64,000 bases of DNA from Adineta vaga. Its lineage: Eukaryota; Animalia; Rotifera. Within the stretch, counting starts at the first letter, position 1. Each line of letters begins with the position of its first letter. The notes below the pieces were generated by a model. The model was not told the origin of the DNA and did not search any database. It was given only the letters and a program-made list of their open reading frames with translations. Shown here piece by piece: positions 53,055 through 64,000 of this stretch. The translations under genes were made by a program, and so were the position numbers. The DNA lies in NCBI GenBank assembly GCA_021613535.1, contig CP075494.1, positions 12,524,001 through 12,588,000 on the forward strand, in the 5' to 3' direction.

Positions 53055-56000
53055 ATGAACAATGGCTCTTTGCCTCTAAAAGGCAATAATTCTCGAACAA
53101 CAACAACAACAACAACATCAATCACTGATCAGTCATTACGAACATCATTATTACGAACTACAAATCAAGATATTCCACTCGATCTAACCGACGTTTCAAT
53201 TCTATCGGTTGGTCTTTCACGTTATCAACATCACGATCACGGCATGTTAACTGATGATGAGGATGACGATGATGATAATGAAGTTGTAAGAATAAATCTA
53301 TTGTTCAATAAAATAAGAAAATTTACACGAAAATCATTTAATTATTTAGGTAGAAACTAGTGATGAAGAAGATGATGATGATGACGATGATGATGATCAT
53401 CATCATCATCAATTTCCAAATCATTCACGAACAACATTATTAAATAATACAAATAATAATAATAATGATGATATGGATCTTGGTTTGATTGATCCTGATA
53501 CTCAAGCAAAACTAGCTGCTATTCTTGAAGCTACAGGTATAACAAATTCTCCTATTCCAGAAGATTTCTGGCGTGATCAACAAGTTGTACGTTTACTAAC
53601 AAGTAGTGTAACAAATAATCTAAATGGTTTACATGAAATAGCCAATGCTATTTCATCATCAAATGCAAATCTTAATTCACATCAAGATAAAAAATCGAAA
53701 TCAATCAATAAAGATACGTATGTTCAAACTTTAAACGATTCAAAAAAAAAAGAACAAAATTTTGCTTATGAATATTTTTCATTAATTTAGATCTGGAACA
53801 TTTGTTCGTGCTTGTGTTAAAAATGATATTCATACTGTAGAAAAAATTTTACAAGCAACAAATGGAAAAGAACATTTAAATGATGTTAATGAAGATGGTG
53901 ATAGTGTTCTAGCTCTTGCATGTTCAAATGGTTATACTGATCTTGTACGATTGTTACTCACAACTATACCTGACATTGATATTGATGATCGAGGAACAAA
54001 ACAAGATTGTACACCATTAATGGAAGGTAAGAAATCAATCGAGAAATACAAAGATCAATCTAACATTTCTTTCTTCATTTATAGCATGTAATGCTGGTCA
54101 TTATGAAATTGTTGAACTTTTATTAAAACATAATGCAAATGTAAATATACAATCAACATCAGGAAATACAGCGCTACATTATTCAGCAGGAGGAGTAAGA
54201 AAAAAGGAATTTTTTTCAAAGTGAATCATTGATTATTGTGTCGTTTTTAGGGTTATGCAGATATTGTTCGACTTCTACTTGAACATGGTGCTAAAGTAGA
54301 AGAAACCAATGAAAATGGACATACTCCTCTGGTGAATAGAATTTGCTATTGGAAAATGAAAAGACAATTACATTGTTTTTAGATGGAAGCAGCCAGCGGT
54401 GGTCATGTAGAAGTTGCTCGTGCATTACTTGATCATGGTGCTGGTGTGAATACACATTCGAATGATTCGAAAGATAGTATGCTAGAAGAAATTTATTGAT
54501 ATGAATAAATCTAAAATTTCTATTTTAATAGAAAATGGAAATGATAGTAAACAACATAAAACAGATGAAATGCATACAGGTAACTTAGAAACAAGAATTC
54601 TATACTGAAAATGGGACGAGTCTTTAACTTTGTATGTACAAAGAAAAAATCAAATTCTATATTTATATTTTTAGCTTTAATGGAAGCCTGTATGGATGGT
54701 CATGTTCAAGTTGCAAAATTATTACTTGATCATGGTGCAGATGTGAATATGCCACCAGATAGTTATGAAAGTCCACTAACATTAAGTGCTTGTGGTGGTC
54801 ATATTGAATTAGCTTCGTTACTTATTGAACGAGGTGCTAATTTAGAAGAAGTTAATGATGAAGGATATACACCATTAATGGAAGGTTTGTAACTTTTTTG
54901 GTTGTGATGTACAAACAAAAATGAATCTGATTGTTTTTAAAACTAATTTTCAGCTAGTCGAGAAGGACATGATGATCTTGTAAATTTACTTGTTTCACAA
55001 GGTAAAATTTCGATATATATATATATATATATTTATTTGTATAACGAGATAACTAATTGTGATTTAGGTGCTGATGTTAATCGAACAACTGAAGATACAC
55101 AAGAAACAGCATGTATGTTTCAAATCTTCATTTATCGAATGATTTGCAATTGAATGAAATTGTTTTCTAGTAACATTAGCATGTGCTGGTGGATTTTTGG
55201 ATGTTGCAAAGATCCTTATATCTCATGGTGCAAATGTCAATTTAGGTCAATCAACTCCTCTAATGGAAGCATCTCAAGAAGGTCATATTGAATTAGTCCA
55301 ATATCTCATACAAAATAGTGCTGATGTGAATCAGACAACACCAGCTGGAGAAACTGGTAAAATATTGTTTGTTTTGATTGTCTTCTATATTGAAAATTTA
55401 GCTTTGGCGTATGCATGTGAAAGTGGACATACTGAAGTCGCAGAAATTCTTTTCAATTCCGGTGCACATATTGATCAAACTGAAAATGAAGGACGAACAC
55501 CACTGATGAAAGCTGCTCGAGCTGGACATACATGTACAGTACGATATTTGATTTCAAAAGGTATGATCGATAGAAAACAACAATAAGTAATAATCAACTT
55601 GCTTTGCTATCAGGAGCGGATGTGAATCGATCAACAAATAGTAATGATTCAACTGTTCTTTCATTGGCATGTGCCGGTGGTCATCTAGAAGTCGCCTCTC
55701 TCTTACTCAAACATGGTTCTGATCCAAATCATCTTCTTAAAGTAAATTCTTTCTTTAAAAACTCAATTCTTTCAAGATAAATTCGTCGTTCTAGGATCGA
55801 TCAAATTGTTTAATTGAAGCTGCTAAAGGTGGTCATACAGAAATAGTAAAATTATTACTTGAATATCCTAAAAGTGTTACACAACGAACAGCTCCAGTAA
55901 ATTCAATTGAACCTTCGACCAATGACGATGATGAAGAAAGAGAAGAAGAAATTTCAACCACTACTATATCGAATTCCTTTCCAGGTTTGTTTGTTTGTTC

Positions 56001-59000
56001 AACTTATTTTTTCCCTGTAATATTTTTTGTTCGAATTGAATCATGATTCATTTAAATAGAGGACAACAAACGATCGTCTCAAACCTCAAATTCACCTATT
56101 CAATTGCTGAAAAGTTTACAAAAGATTGTTCCCAGAAATATTCTTGATGTTCTTCAAACGGGTGTCAATGAATCAACAAAATTACATACTAATAATGACA
56201 TCAAAGGTTTCATTCGATGGAAACGAAAATAATGTGTGATCTTATTGAAATTTTTCTTTAGATAATTCAACACAATCAGAATCGAGTAATGATCGATTAT
56301 CATCATCGAATTCAAACGATGAAAAATGTCAATCATCAGTGATATCCATTCAAAATTCTGAATTAAATACTACTCAACAAGCAAAAAAACTTCAAATACT
56401 CGGTAAGTTATTAATTCGATTCTCTTTTTTTATAGAACAATTAGATGAATCTGATTTTTATTATTGTTTTAGAACAACTTCAACATGTTGAAAAAGAGTT
56501 ACATGATAAAGCTCAACAACATTTGAAAATGAATCAAGAATATCGACAGCATGTTAATGAATATGTGACTTCTAATCCAATTCTTCCTTGTTCTTCTTCT
56601 TCTTCTTCTTCCTCTTCTTCAACAACAACTACTGGAAAAAAGAAACGAACAACTTCGTCATCTTCGACATCAAGTTCATCATCAGCAACTTCTTCATCGT
56701 CATCAACTGCTAAACAGGATGATCAAACAATTACTACAAATCTACCATTATCCCTTCCACCACAAACAATCAATTTCTTTTCATCACCAACTATTGAATC
56801 AAATTCATCATCATCATTGTCATCAAATAAATCGAATATGCCACCATTGTATCACAATCAACATCATCCAAAAACGAAAAAATCTTTTAATCGACAATTA
56901 ACTAAATTCGATCGTCGATTAGAACAACATTTACATGTGAATCAAACTCATCTAGATGAAATGAATCTACATTTTACGAATTTAAAACTACTTTCTTCAA
57001 CGCAACCATCATCGTCTCTTTCATCAACTGATTGTTTAACAGTATCAAGTCCAACGAAACTTCCCATGCGTATTAATACCGATACACAAAAAGCTCTTGA
57101 ACATTTACGTGAATTAGCAAGTAATCCATCAGCTCTAGAACAAATACAAACATTAACGAATAATCCAAATTTAATGCATCAAATCAAAAAGATTGCAAAT
57201 CAATCATTTATTGAACAATTAAAAACATTACCACCATTTGCACCAGCAAATTTACCACACACAACGAATGAATTATTGGTTGTAGAAAATAAATCTCAAA
57301 ACGAAAATCATGAACAAAGTAAGTTTCATACAACTTTTGTGGAACTCAATGGTTACTAATGTATTTCGTTTTTTCTCAGCAGTAGGCCATACTGAACCAG
57401 TTAGTTATTCACAGTCCAAATCAACACTACTGCCAGTCACATCTTCAGCTCAAATCTCTTCTCTACAACAGTCATCTACGATTCAAAGTTTAAATAGAGA
57501 GAACAATCATCAATCATCATCGCCTTCAGTGAACGATCTTTCATATCCTTCTGTAACTAATATAAACAGTTCATCACATGCAATGTGTTGTGCTGAATGT
57601 CCATCACATGGATCAAATGGTCAAAATACTACTCTGTCTCATTTACGTTTTCAAAATCGAATTGATGTTGATTGTGAAACTGAATCAAATCATGACACAG
57701 CATTAACTTTATCATGTGCCGGTGGTCATGAAGAACTCGTTTCTTTACTATTACAACGTGGTGCCAATATTGAACATCGTGATAAAAAAGGTTTTACACC
57801 ATTGATTCTTGCAGGTATGAATGGATTTTTTTTCTTTGAAAACAAAGATGATGAAATCTTTTCTAGCGACTGCTGGCCATGCTAATATTGTTGCAAGATT
57901 ACTTGATAATGGTGCGATTATTGAAGCTCAATCCGAAAGAACAAAAGATACTGCATTATCATTAGCATGTAGTGGTGGACGACAAGAAGTTGTTGAAGTT
58001 CTGTTGAAAAAAGGAGCAAATCGTGAACATAGAAATGTTTCGGATTATACTGGTAAATATTCGATTTGATCTGAAAAAGAAAACTTCATTTTATTCGAAT
58101 AGCTTTGAGTCTTGCTGCATCGGGTGGATATGTGAATATCATACGATTACTATTAAATTACGGTGCAGAAATTAATTCAAGGTAAATTAAATATCTTTAT
58201 TCGAAATTTATAAACTATTTTATACGTATTGTTTTTAGGACGGGTAGTAAATTAGGAATAACTGTAAGTATTGTTGATTACTTACAGAATAAAATAGTAT
58301 TCTTATTATTCTTTTGTAGCCATTGATGCTTGCTTCCATGAATGGACATGTTGCTGCTGTTAAACTTCTATTAGATATGGGTTCTGATATAAATGCACAA
58401 ATTGAAACCAATCGAAATACAGCATTAACATTGGCTTGTTTTCAAGGACGAGCTGAAGTTGTTTCTTTATTGGTCGATCGTAAAGCAAACATTGAACATC
58501 GAGCAAAAACTGGTTTAACACCTCTGATGGAATCTGGTAAGGAAGATTGTATATGTCATCGACGAGGAAAAATATAACGATCTATTTCATTTTCTAGCAT
58601 CCGGTGGTTATGTTGATGTAGGTCGTGTACTATTAGAACGTGGAGCAGATGTCAATGCATTACCAGTACCAACATCGAAAGATACTGGTATGTAGAACGA
58701 GAATTAAAATAAATATTTGCATTCTGTATTTTTCTTTGTAGCGTTAACCATTGCTGCTGATAAAGGTCATCATAAATTTGTTGAATTACTACTTCTGTAT
58801 GGTGCTACCATCGATGTTCGAAATAAAAAAGGTGCCACACCATTATGGCTTGCTTGTAACAATGGTCATCTCGAAGTTGCGCAATTACTTATATCTCGTT
58901 TTGCTGATCCTGATTCCAATGATTCACGAAAAGTGTCTTGTTTAATGGCTGCTTTTCGTAAAGGAAATGCTAAAGTGGTAAAATATTTAGTTCGTCAAGT

Positions 59001-61204
59001 TCGACAATATCCATCTGATGCAGATTGTCGTCGTCTAATTAGTACAATCACTGATAAAGTAAGAAAAAATTCAACTATATCTTTTACTCTTATATGAATA
59101 CAAACGGTTTTCCTCTGTAGGATTTATTGAAAAAATGTCAAGCATGTATGGATCAAATCATATCTGCTAAAGAACGTCAAGCAGCTGAAGCAAATAAAGC
59201 TGCGAATAGTCTATTGAAAGAAATTGATATGGAAAAATCTCGTGAAGAAACACGAAAAGTTGCAGCAGCAAAAAAACGTGAAAAACGTAAAGCAAAAAAG
59301 AAGGGTAAACAAAAATCAACAACGAATACTGATGAACAACAGGAGCAAGAAGCAGAACCAGATGAAGTCGAAGAAGAACAAGAACTTAATGAAAATCAAG
59401 AAATCCCTTTATCAATAACAACACCGATACCAGATCTTGATTATGGTCTTCGGTTGAAAATATTTACAAGAGAGGAAGAAGAAATACTTAGTAAATCTCA
59501 TTCACCTGAACCAACACCACCTCCATCTCTTCCACCAACAGTCCCTTCAACTTCCGTGTCCAAACAGTCTACAAATAGTAATAAGAAGAAGAAAACGAAT
59601 ACAATGACACGTAAAATTGAAAGACATCAAGAAAATCTCGTATCAAAAAATAAACAACAAGAAGCATCATCAACAACTAGTGGAGTAACTGCACCAACTG
59701 TTGATGATGGTTGGCAAGAAGTGATTGGTAAACAGAAGAAAATAACTATTCCACATGAAGAATATTTACGAGTTGTTGGACGAAATGGATCAAATTTAAA
59801 TGTTCTACGTGAAGTCACTGGTGCGTCTCTTGATATAGAAAATAAACGAGCAATTGGAGATAAAACAATTTTAATCAAGTAAAACTTGTTTGTTTATTTA
59901 TTTTTTTGTATATATTATTATTCTATTTCGTAGAGGAAATTGTGATTCGATTAAACATGCTTATCAATTGCTAACGGCATTACTGAAAGATTCTGAAATA
60001 GAACTAATCGATCTTTTATCAACAAATAATGAAAATCAAAAAACAAAGTCAAGATCAATGACTGTAACAACTACGAATGAAAATACTAATAATCTTGACG
60101 AAACAACTAAAATACAAAGGACCAATAGTACAAATTATGGACCAAGGCTGCAAACTAATGGTAAATAAGATCATAATATCATATTTTGAGCACTGAAATA
60201 AATTAATAATGTCGTATAATTTAATTTGTTTAGAATTGTCAACACCAGATATACATGTCTTTATTCCGTCATCGAAATCAACAGCAAGTAATAGTCGTTC
60301 GTCAAGTAAAAAAGTAACAACAACAGCGGTAGGAATAACAAATTCATCGACGAATTCTGGTCGTTCGACATCATCATCATCATCATCGACAGTAAAATAT
60401 TCTCAACCATTAACAGCAACAGGTGCAACATGGGTCAATTCGAATCGATCAAATCGCGGTACATCCTCATCATCCATAACAAATTTCGCATCGTCACATA
60501 TACCAAATACAACAACACCATGGAATCATCAACAAGTATCATCAAAATCTTTTTCAGTTTATAATAAAACGTCCAATTCTAATCATTATTCAACAAATCA
60601 ATCTAATCCGTCAGCATCATATCATTATCCATATTCCAATATGAATTCTAGTAATAATCATAATCATCATGATCACGTAAGCAAACAAGGTACTACGTCG
60701 AGTAAACAGTATGCAACAAATTATCAACAAAAAAATGAACATATAGCACCAATTGATACGATTATCGTTCAACCATCACCGACTCCTTTAGTTCCATCAC
60801 AACCAGGTCATCGAATACCGAAACCATCAATGTCATCGGCAACATCGGATTCTGTTTCATCACCTCCATCATCTTCTTTGCTTGTGGTTTCGTGTCCTAC
60901 ATCTACTCGAACAAATGTTACAGTAACTGGTGAATATAATCCATTTGCTTCGAATATTCTTACAACATCAATTGTTGATGTATTAACAAAAACAAAAGAA
61001 CCAATTGCAACTGCTGATGAATTCAATGCAACTTCAGCGACAAAAATGAATTTTGCTAATGTTGCAAAAATGAATGTATCTACGAAAACAGCTCATCATG
61101 AACCGATTGTTATTACCATGGATGAACCGACTTCACCACCACTGCCTGATCCAAAAATTGCACCTGGATATCGTGGTCCATCAAGTGCTGGAACAACACC
61201 AGTA

Positions 61205-61239
<35 letters not shown>

Positions 61240-62913
61240 ACAACAACAACAACAACAACAGCAACAGCAAATCATTTGTCCAACTAATTATGATTCACTC
61301 TCTCCAACATCACAATTGAGTCGTGCACCTGGTGCCAATCGACATCAACAATCCATATCACCTTCGATGAATAAAGTTCGCCTCGATCAAAATGGACATA
61401 CAGGTTCATCAACAACTTCATCAACTTCTTCATCACCCTCATCGATAAAACAACAAGCAAATCAGTTTATTCCACCACAACAATTATTTACAACATTAGA
61501 TCAGCAACAGCAGCAACAACGATCACAGCCGTTTGGACCTATTGGATCACATCGTGCGCAAATGCCGACCACAACTGATGTCACATATACTGAAAATCCA
61601 CTTCAAATGAGAACAAAATTTAATCGAACGTTATCGGCAAATAATACTCCGATGTACCAACAAATAGCACAGCCATCCCCGTCGCAACAGCCACCACCAC
61701 CACCGATGATGCTAAACAATCCAGCATATGCAAATATGTCACGGAGTCGATCAAGTCTCAATCCAAGTGCACCTGAATTTCAACATTGTAATCGTGTACC
61801 ACCATTATTTATGTCAACACCGCCATCACAAGCGGCCATGTCCAATGGACCATTATCAGCAAATATTATGAATATTGTTCGGATGATGGAACAAAAACAA
61901 CAGCAACAACAACAACAACAACAGTTATATCCAAATAATACAAATATTCCATTACATCCTTCACAACCACCACCGCCGCCTGCACAGCCAATGGTAGCAC
62001 CACATGTACTGCCATCTCCACATCCAATACAGCAAGCGGATATGGAAGCAATGCAACAGCACTTACAAAAGCAAGCGTTACATTTCTGGCATCAACCTAC
62101 CAATCAACAGCACATGTTGCAACCCCATCAACCACCACCACCACCACCACCTCCGCAACAATCGCTATCAACATTACAAATAGCTAATATTCTCGCATCA
62201 AAAGGACAATTACCACAAGATCCTAATCAAGCAGCAGCATTAGTTGCAGCTTACTATACTAATTTGATGTCGAGAACACAACAACAACCAACTAATATCC
62301 CCATATCGTCGAATGTAAATAAAACTGTTTATGAGACGATCAATACACAACCATCAGCCACTTCAAACAGTGATGATATACCACTAACTGCAGGTAAAAT
62401 TATCAAAGAAACAAAAACCCATCTAGCGTAGATTTGTCTATGACAATGAGATACGAGTTGAGTAACGATACGATTTAGAATTATTTTCCGATTTTTCTTA
62501 GTCGATTCGATCAATGGACAAGTTCAAGCTCAAGTAATTGTCGATCAGAATGTTATCATTGCCAATAGTAATAATTCAACCGGTCCTTCTTCATCATCAT
62601 CATCTTCAACTACTAATATTGATCATAAAATGGTACCAGCTGCAATCGGTAGTGAACGTAAACGTCATGTACCTACATCAAACATGATTGGTTCGATGTC
62701 AGCTACTGGTAACAATGATTGGTCTTCCGTTTCAAAACGTAAGATTATCATTTAATATTCGTGTCTTTTCAAGTTAAATTCCATCTTCTTATTCTTCTTT
62801 TAGAATCATACCCAATCGATCCATACCTACAGCAGCACCAACAGCAACAGCAGCAACAAGTTCCTCTCGCTTCTGAATATCAACAACAACCATTGCGTGA
62901 TTATACGCGCTAA
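53055..62913 (+). CDS. mask: Ankyrin repeat and KH domain protein (mask/ANKHD1/ANKRD17 ortholog), many exons
   Basis: Two ankyrin blocks with diagnostic HKTDEMHT-ALMEAC, TESNHDTALTLSCAGGHEELV and QIETNRNTALTLACFQGR. KH domain (RVVGRNGSNLNVLREVTGA), low-complexity tail with IGSER motif, last exon ends ...PLRDYTR*. Confidence 0.95.
61204..61270 (+). repeat. Coding (CAT)n(CAA)n trinucleotide repeat giving polyH-polyQ
   Basis: Direct sequence: about 11 His followed by 11 Gln codons in mask. Confidence 0.9.
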
Positions 62914-63432
62914 AAAAATCTTTCTATTCGATTGAGAATATAATGCATAGATTTATCTCTTATTATTTAAAAGATTTTGTTTGTTTGTTTGTTTTTTATT
63001 CATGCACTCTTCATAACTATGTGTGACACATTGTCTCACTCTCTTGTATTGCTTGTGAGCGTGGTTTTCTCTCACTTTCTCCATTACTTTTGTTTCATTT
63101 TTGCTAACCGATCGTTTACTTTTTTTCTTTTCGTTTTTTTTTGCCCAATTTTATTAGCTCTTTATTCTACAGACGTTTTTCCCGATTTGTTAAAGCAATG
63201 GGTTCTCCCATGTGCCATTCGATTCAGTTCTCTTCGTGTTGAAGACGATATAGCAACAAGTGTCTCTGGCGTTTTTCTTTTTCTTTTTTCGTGTCAACTC
63301 TTTTTTTTTTCTTTTCGATATACATACAAATACATATACAGAAAGTAAAACCTTTCAACTTCTTTCCTATCCTCAGACGTAATATTAATAATAGGTAAGC
63401 AAAACAAACAACGAACAATCTTTTGTCTTTAG

Positions 63433-63846
63433 ATGACTGATGGTTGTTTAAATTGTCGTTTACTTCTTTCATTCACATGTCTCTTAGCTTTTCTCGTTTC
63501 AATTACATTAAAAATTAATCAAACATGGTCACATATTTCATGGCTTTTAATCTTTATTCCAATTTGGTTCTTTAATTGTATATCATTATGTATCATTTTC
63601 TATTTAATTGTCATTAAAAAATGGTTAAAAACAAAAGAAACTTGTTTAAAAATTGTTTATTATCTATTAAGTTTAACTTCATCATGTGCATTTGAAATAC
63701 TTTTATGTGTAAAATTACAATACAAACGAGATATGCCATATTGGATTGTATTTTTACCAATGTGGATATTTATATTTTTGTTATTTAATATTATTACACA
63801 ACAGATGTATCGAACATGTCAGACGACAACGGGAAAAACTTTATGA
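63433..63846 (+). CDS. TMEM60/TMEM203-like (Fragile-X-F transmembrane family) protein, intronless
   Basis: 137 aa, 4 TM, internally repeated LK...W..IFIPIW / LCVKL...YWIVFLPMW motifs. Confidence 0.8.
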   Translation: MTDGCLNCRLLLSFTCLLAFLVSITLKINQTWSHISWLLIFIPIWFFNCISLCIIFYLIVIKKWLKTKETCLKIVYYLLSLTSSCAFEILLCVKLQYKRDMPYWIVFLPMWIFIFLLFNIITQQMYRTCQTTTGKTL

Positions 63847-64000
63847 TCATTTTTATTTGTTTGGAAGATATCATCCTTCAGTGATGACTGTTTGATATCT
63901 CAAGAAACAAACCAACGAATGGATAGACAATTCCATGCAGATGGTGAATATACGTACTTGTATATATACATATATATTTGAAATAAAACTGTTTAAAAAG

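Noticed and set aside
1-64000. CRISPR arrays, tRNA/rRNA genes, transposase or reverse transcriptase ORFs, telomeric repeats
   Set aside because: None recognised by eye; a tRNAscan/Rfam/RepeatMasker run is needed to exclude them formally.

Overview
AT-rich, gene-dense eukaryotic DNA with many short (~45-65 nt) GT-AG introns and AG/TC microsatellites. Gene content is metazoan; compactness, intron size and an intronless microbial-type enzyme gene suggest a bdelloid rotifer (inference only). About 23 protein-coding genes can be assembled by hand from splice signals. Recognisable products: SLC46-type MFS transporter, divergent P2X channel, LEA-like protein, TRAF, NCAM/Fasciclin-2-like CAM, DHX33-like helicase, Costars/ABRACL, acetoacetate-decarboxylase-fold protein, TspO-like membrane protein, DBHS/NONO, cyclin D, RRP6/EXOSC10, an LBD-only nuclear receptor, WDR88-like protein, a 2-Ig GPI-type protein, mask/ANKHD1 and TMEM60/203-like protein; the rest are orphans. 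Most interesting signals: (1) a DBD-less, LxxLL-bearing NR0B-like nuclear receptor with a dense cluster of CAAGGT(CA) NR5A/ERR-type sites upstream; (2) three hidden in-frame cassette/micro-exons with TGCATG motifs inside Ig3 of the NCAM-like gene; (3) a P2X channel with substituted ATP-binding residues; (4) a MITE-like palindrome directly upstream of a LEA-like gene; (5) a likely horizontally acquired enzyme; (6) a structured GC-rich element in an intron. Exon boundaries were read by eye and family calls come from motif recognition, not database searches.
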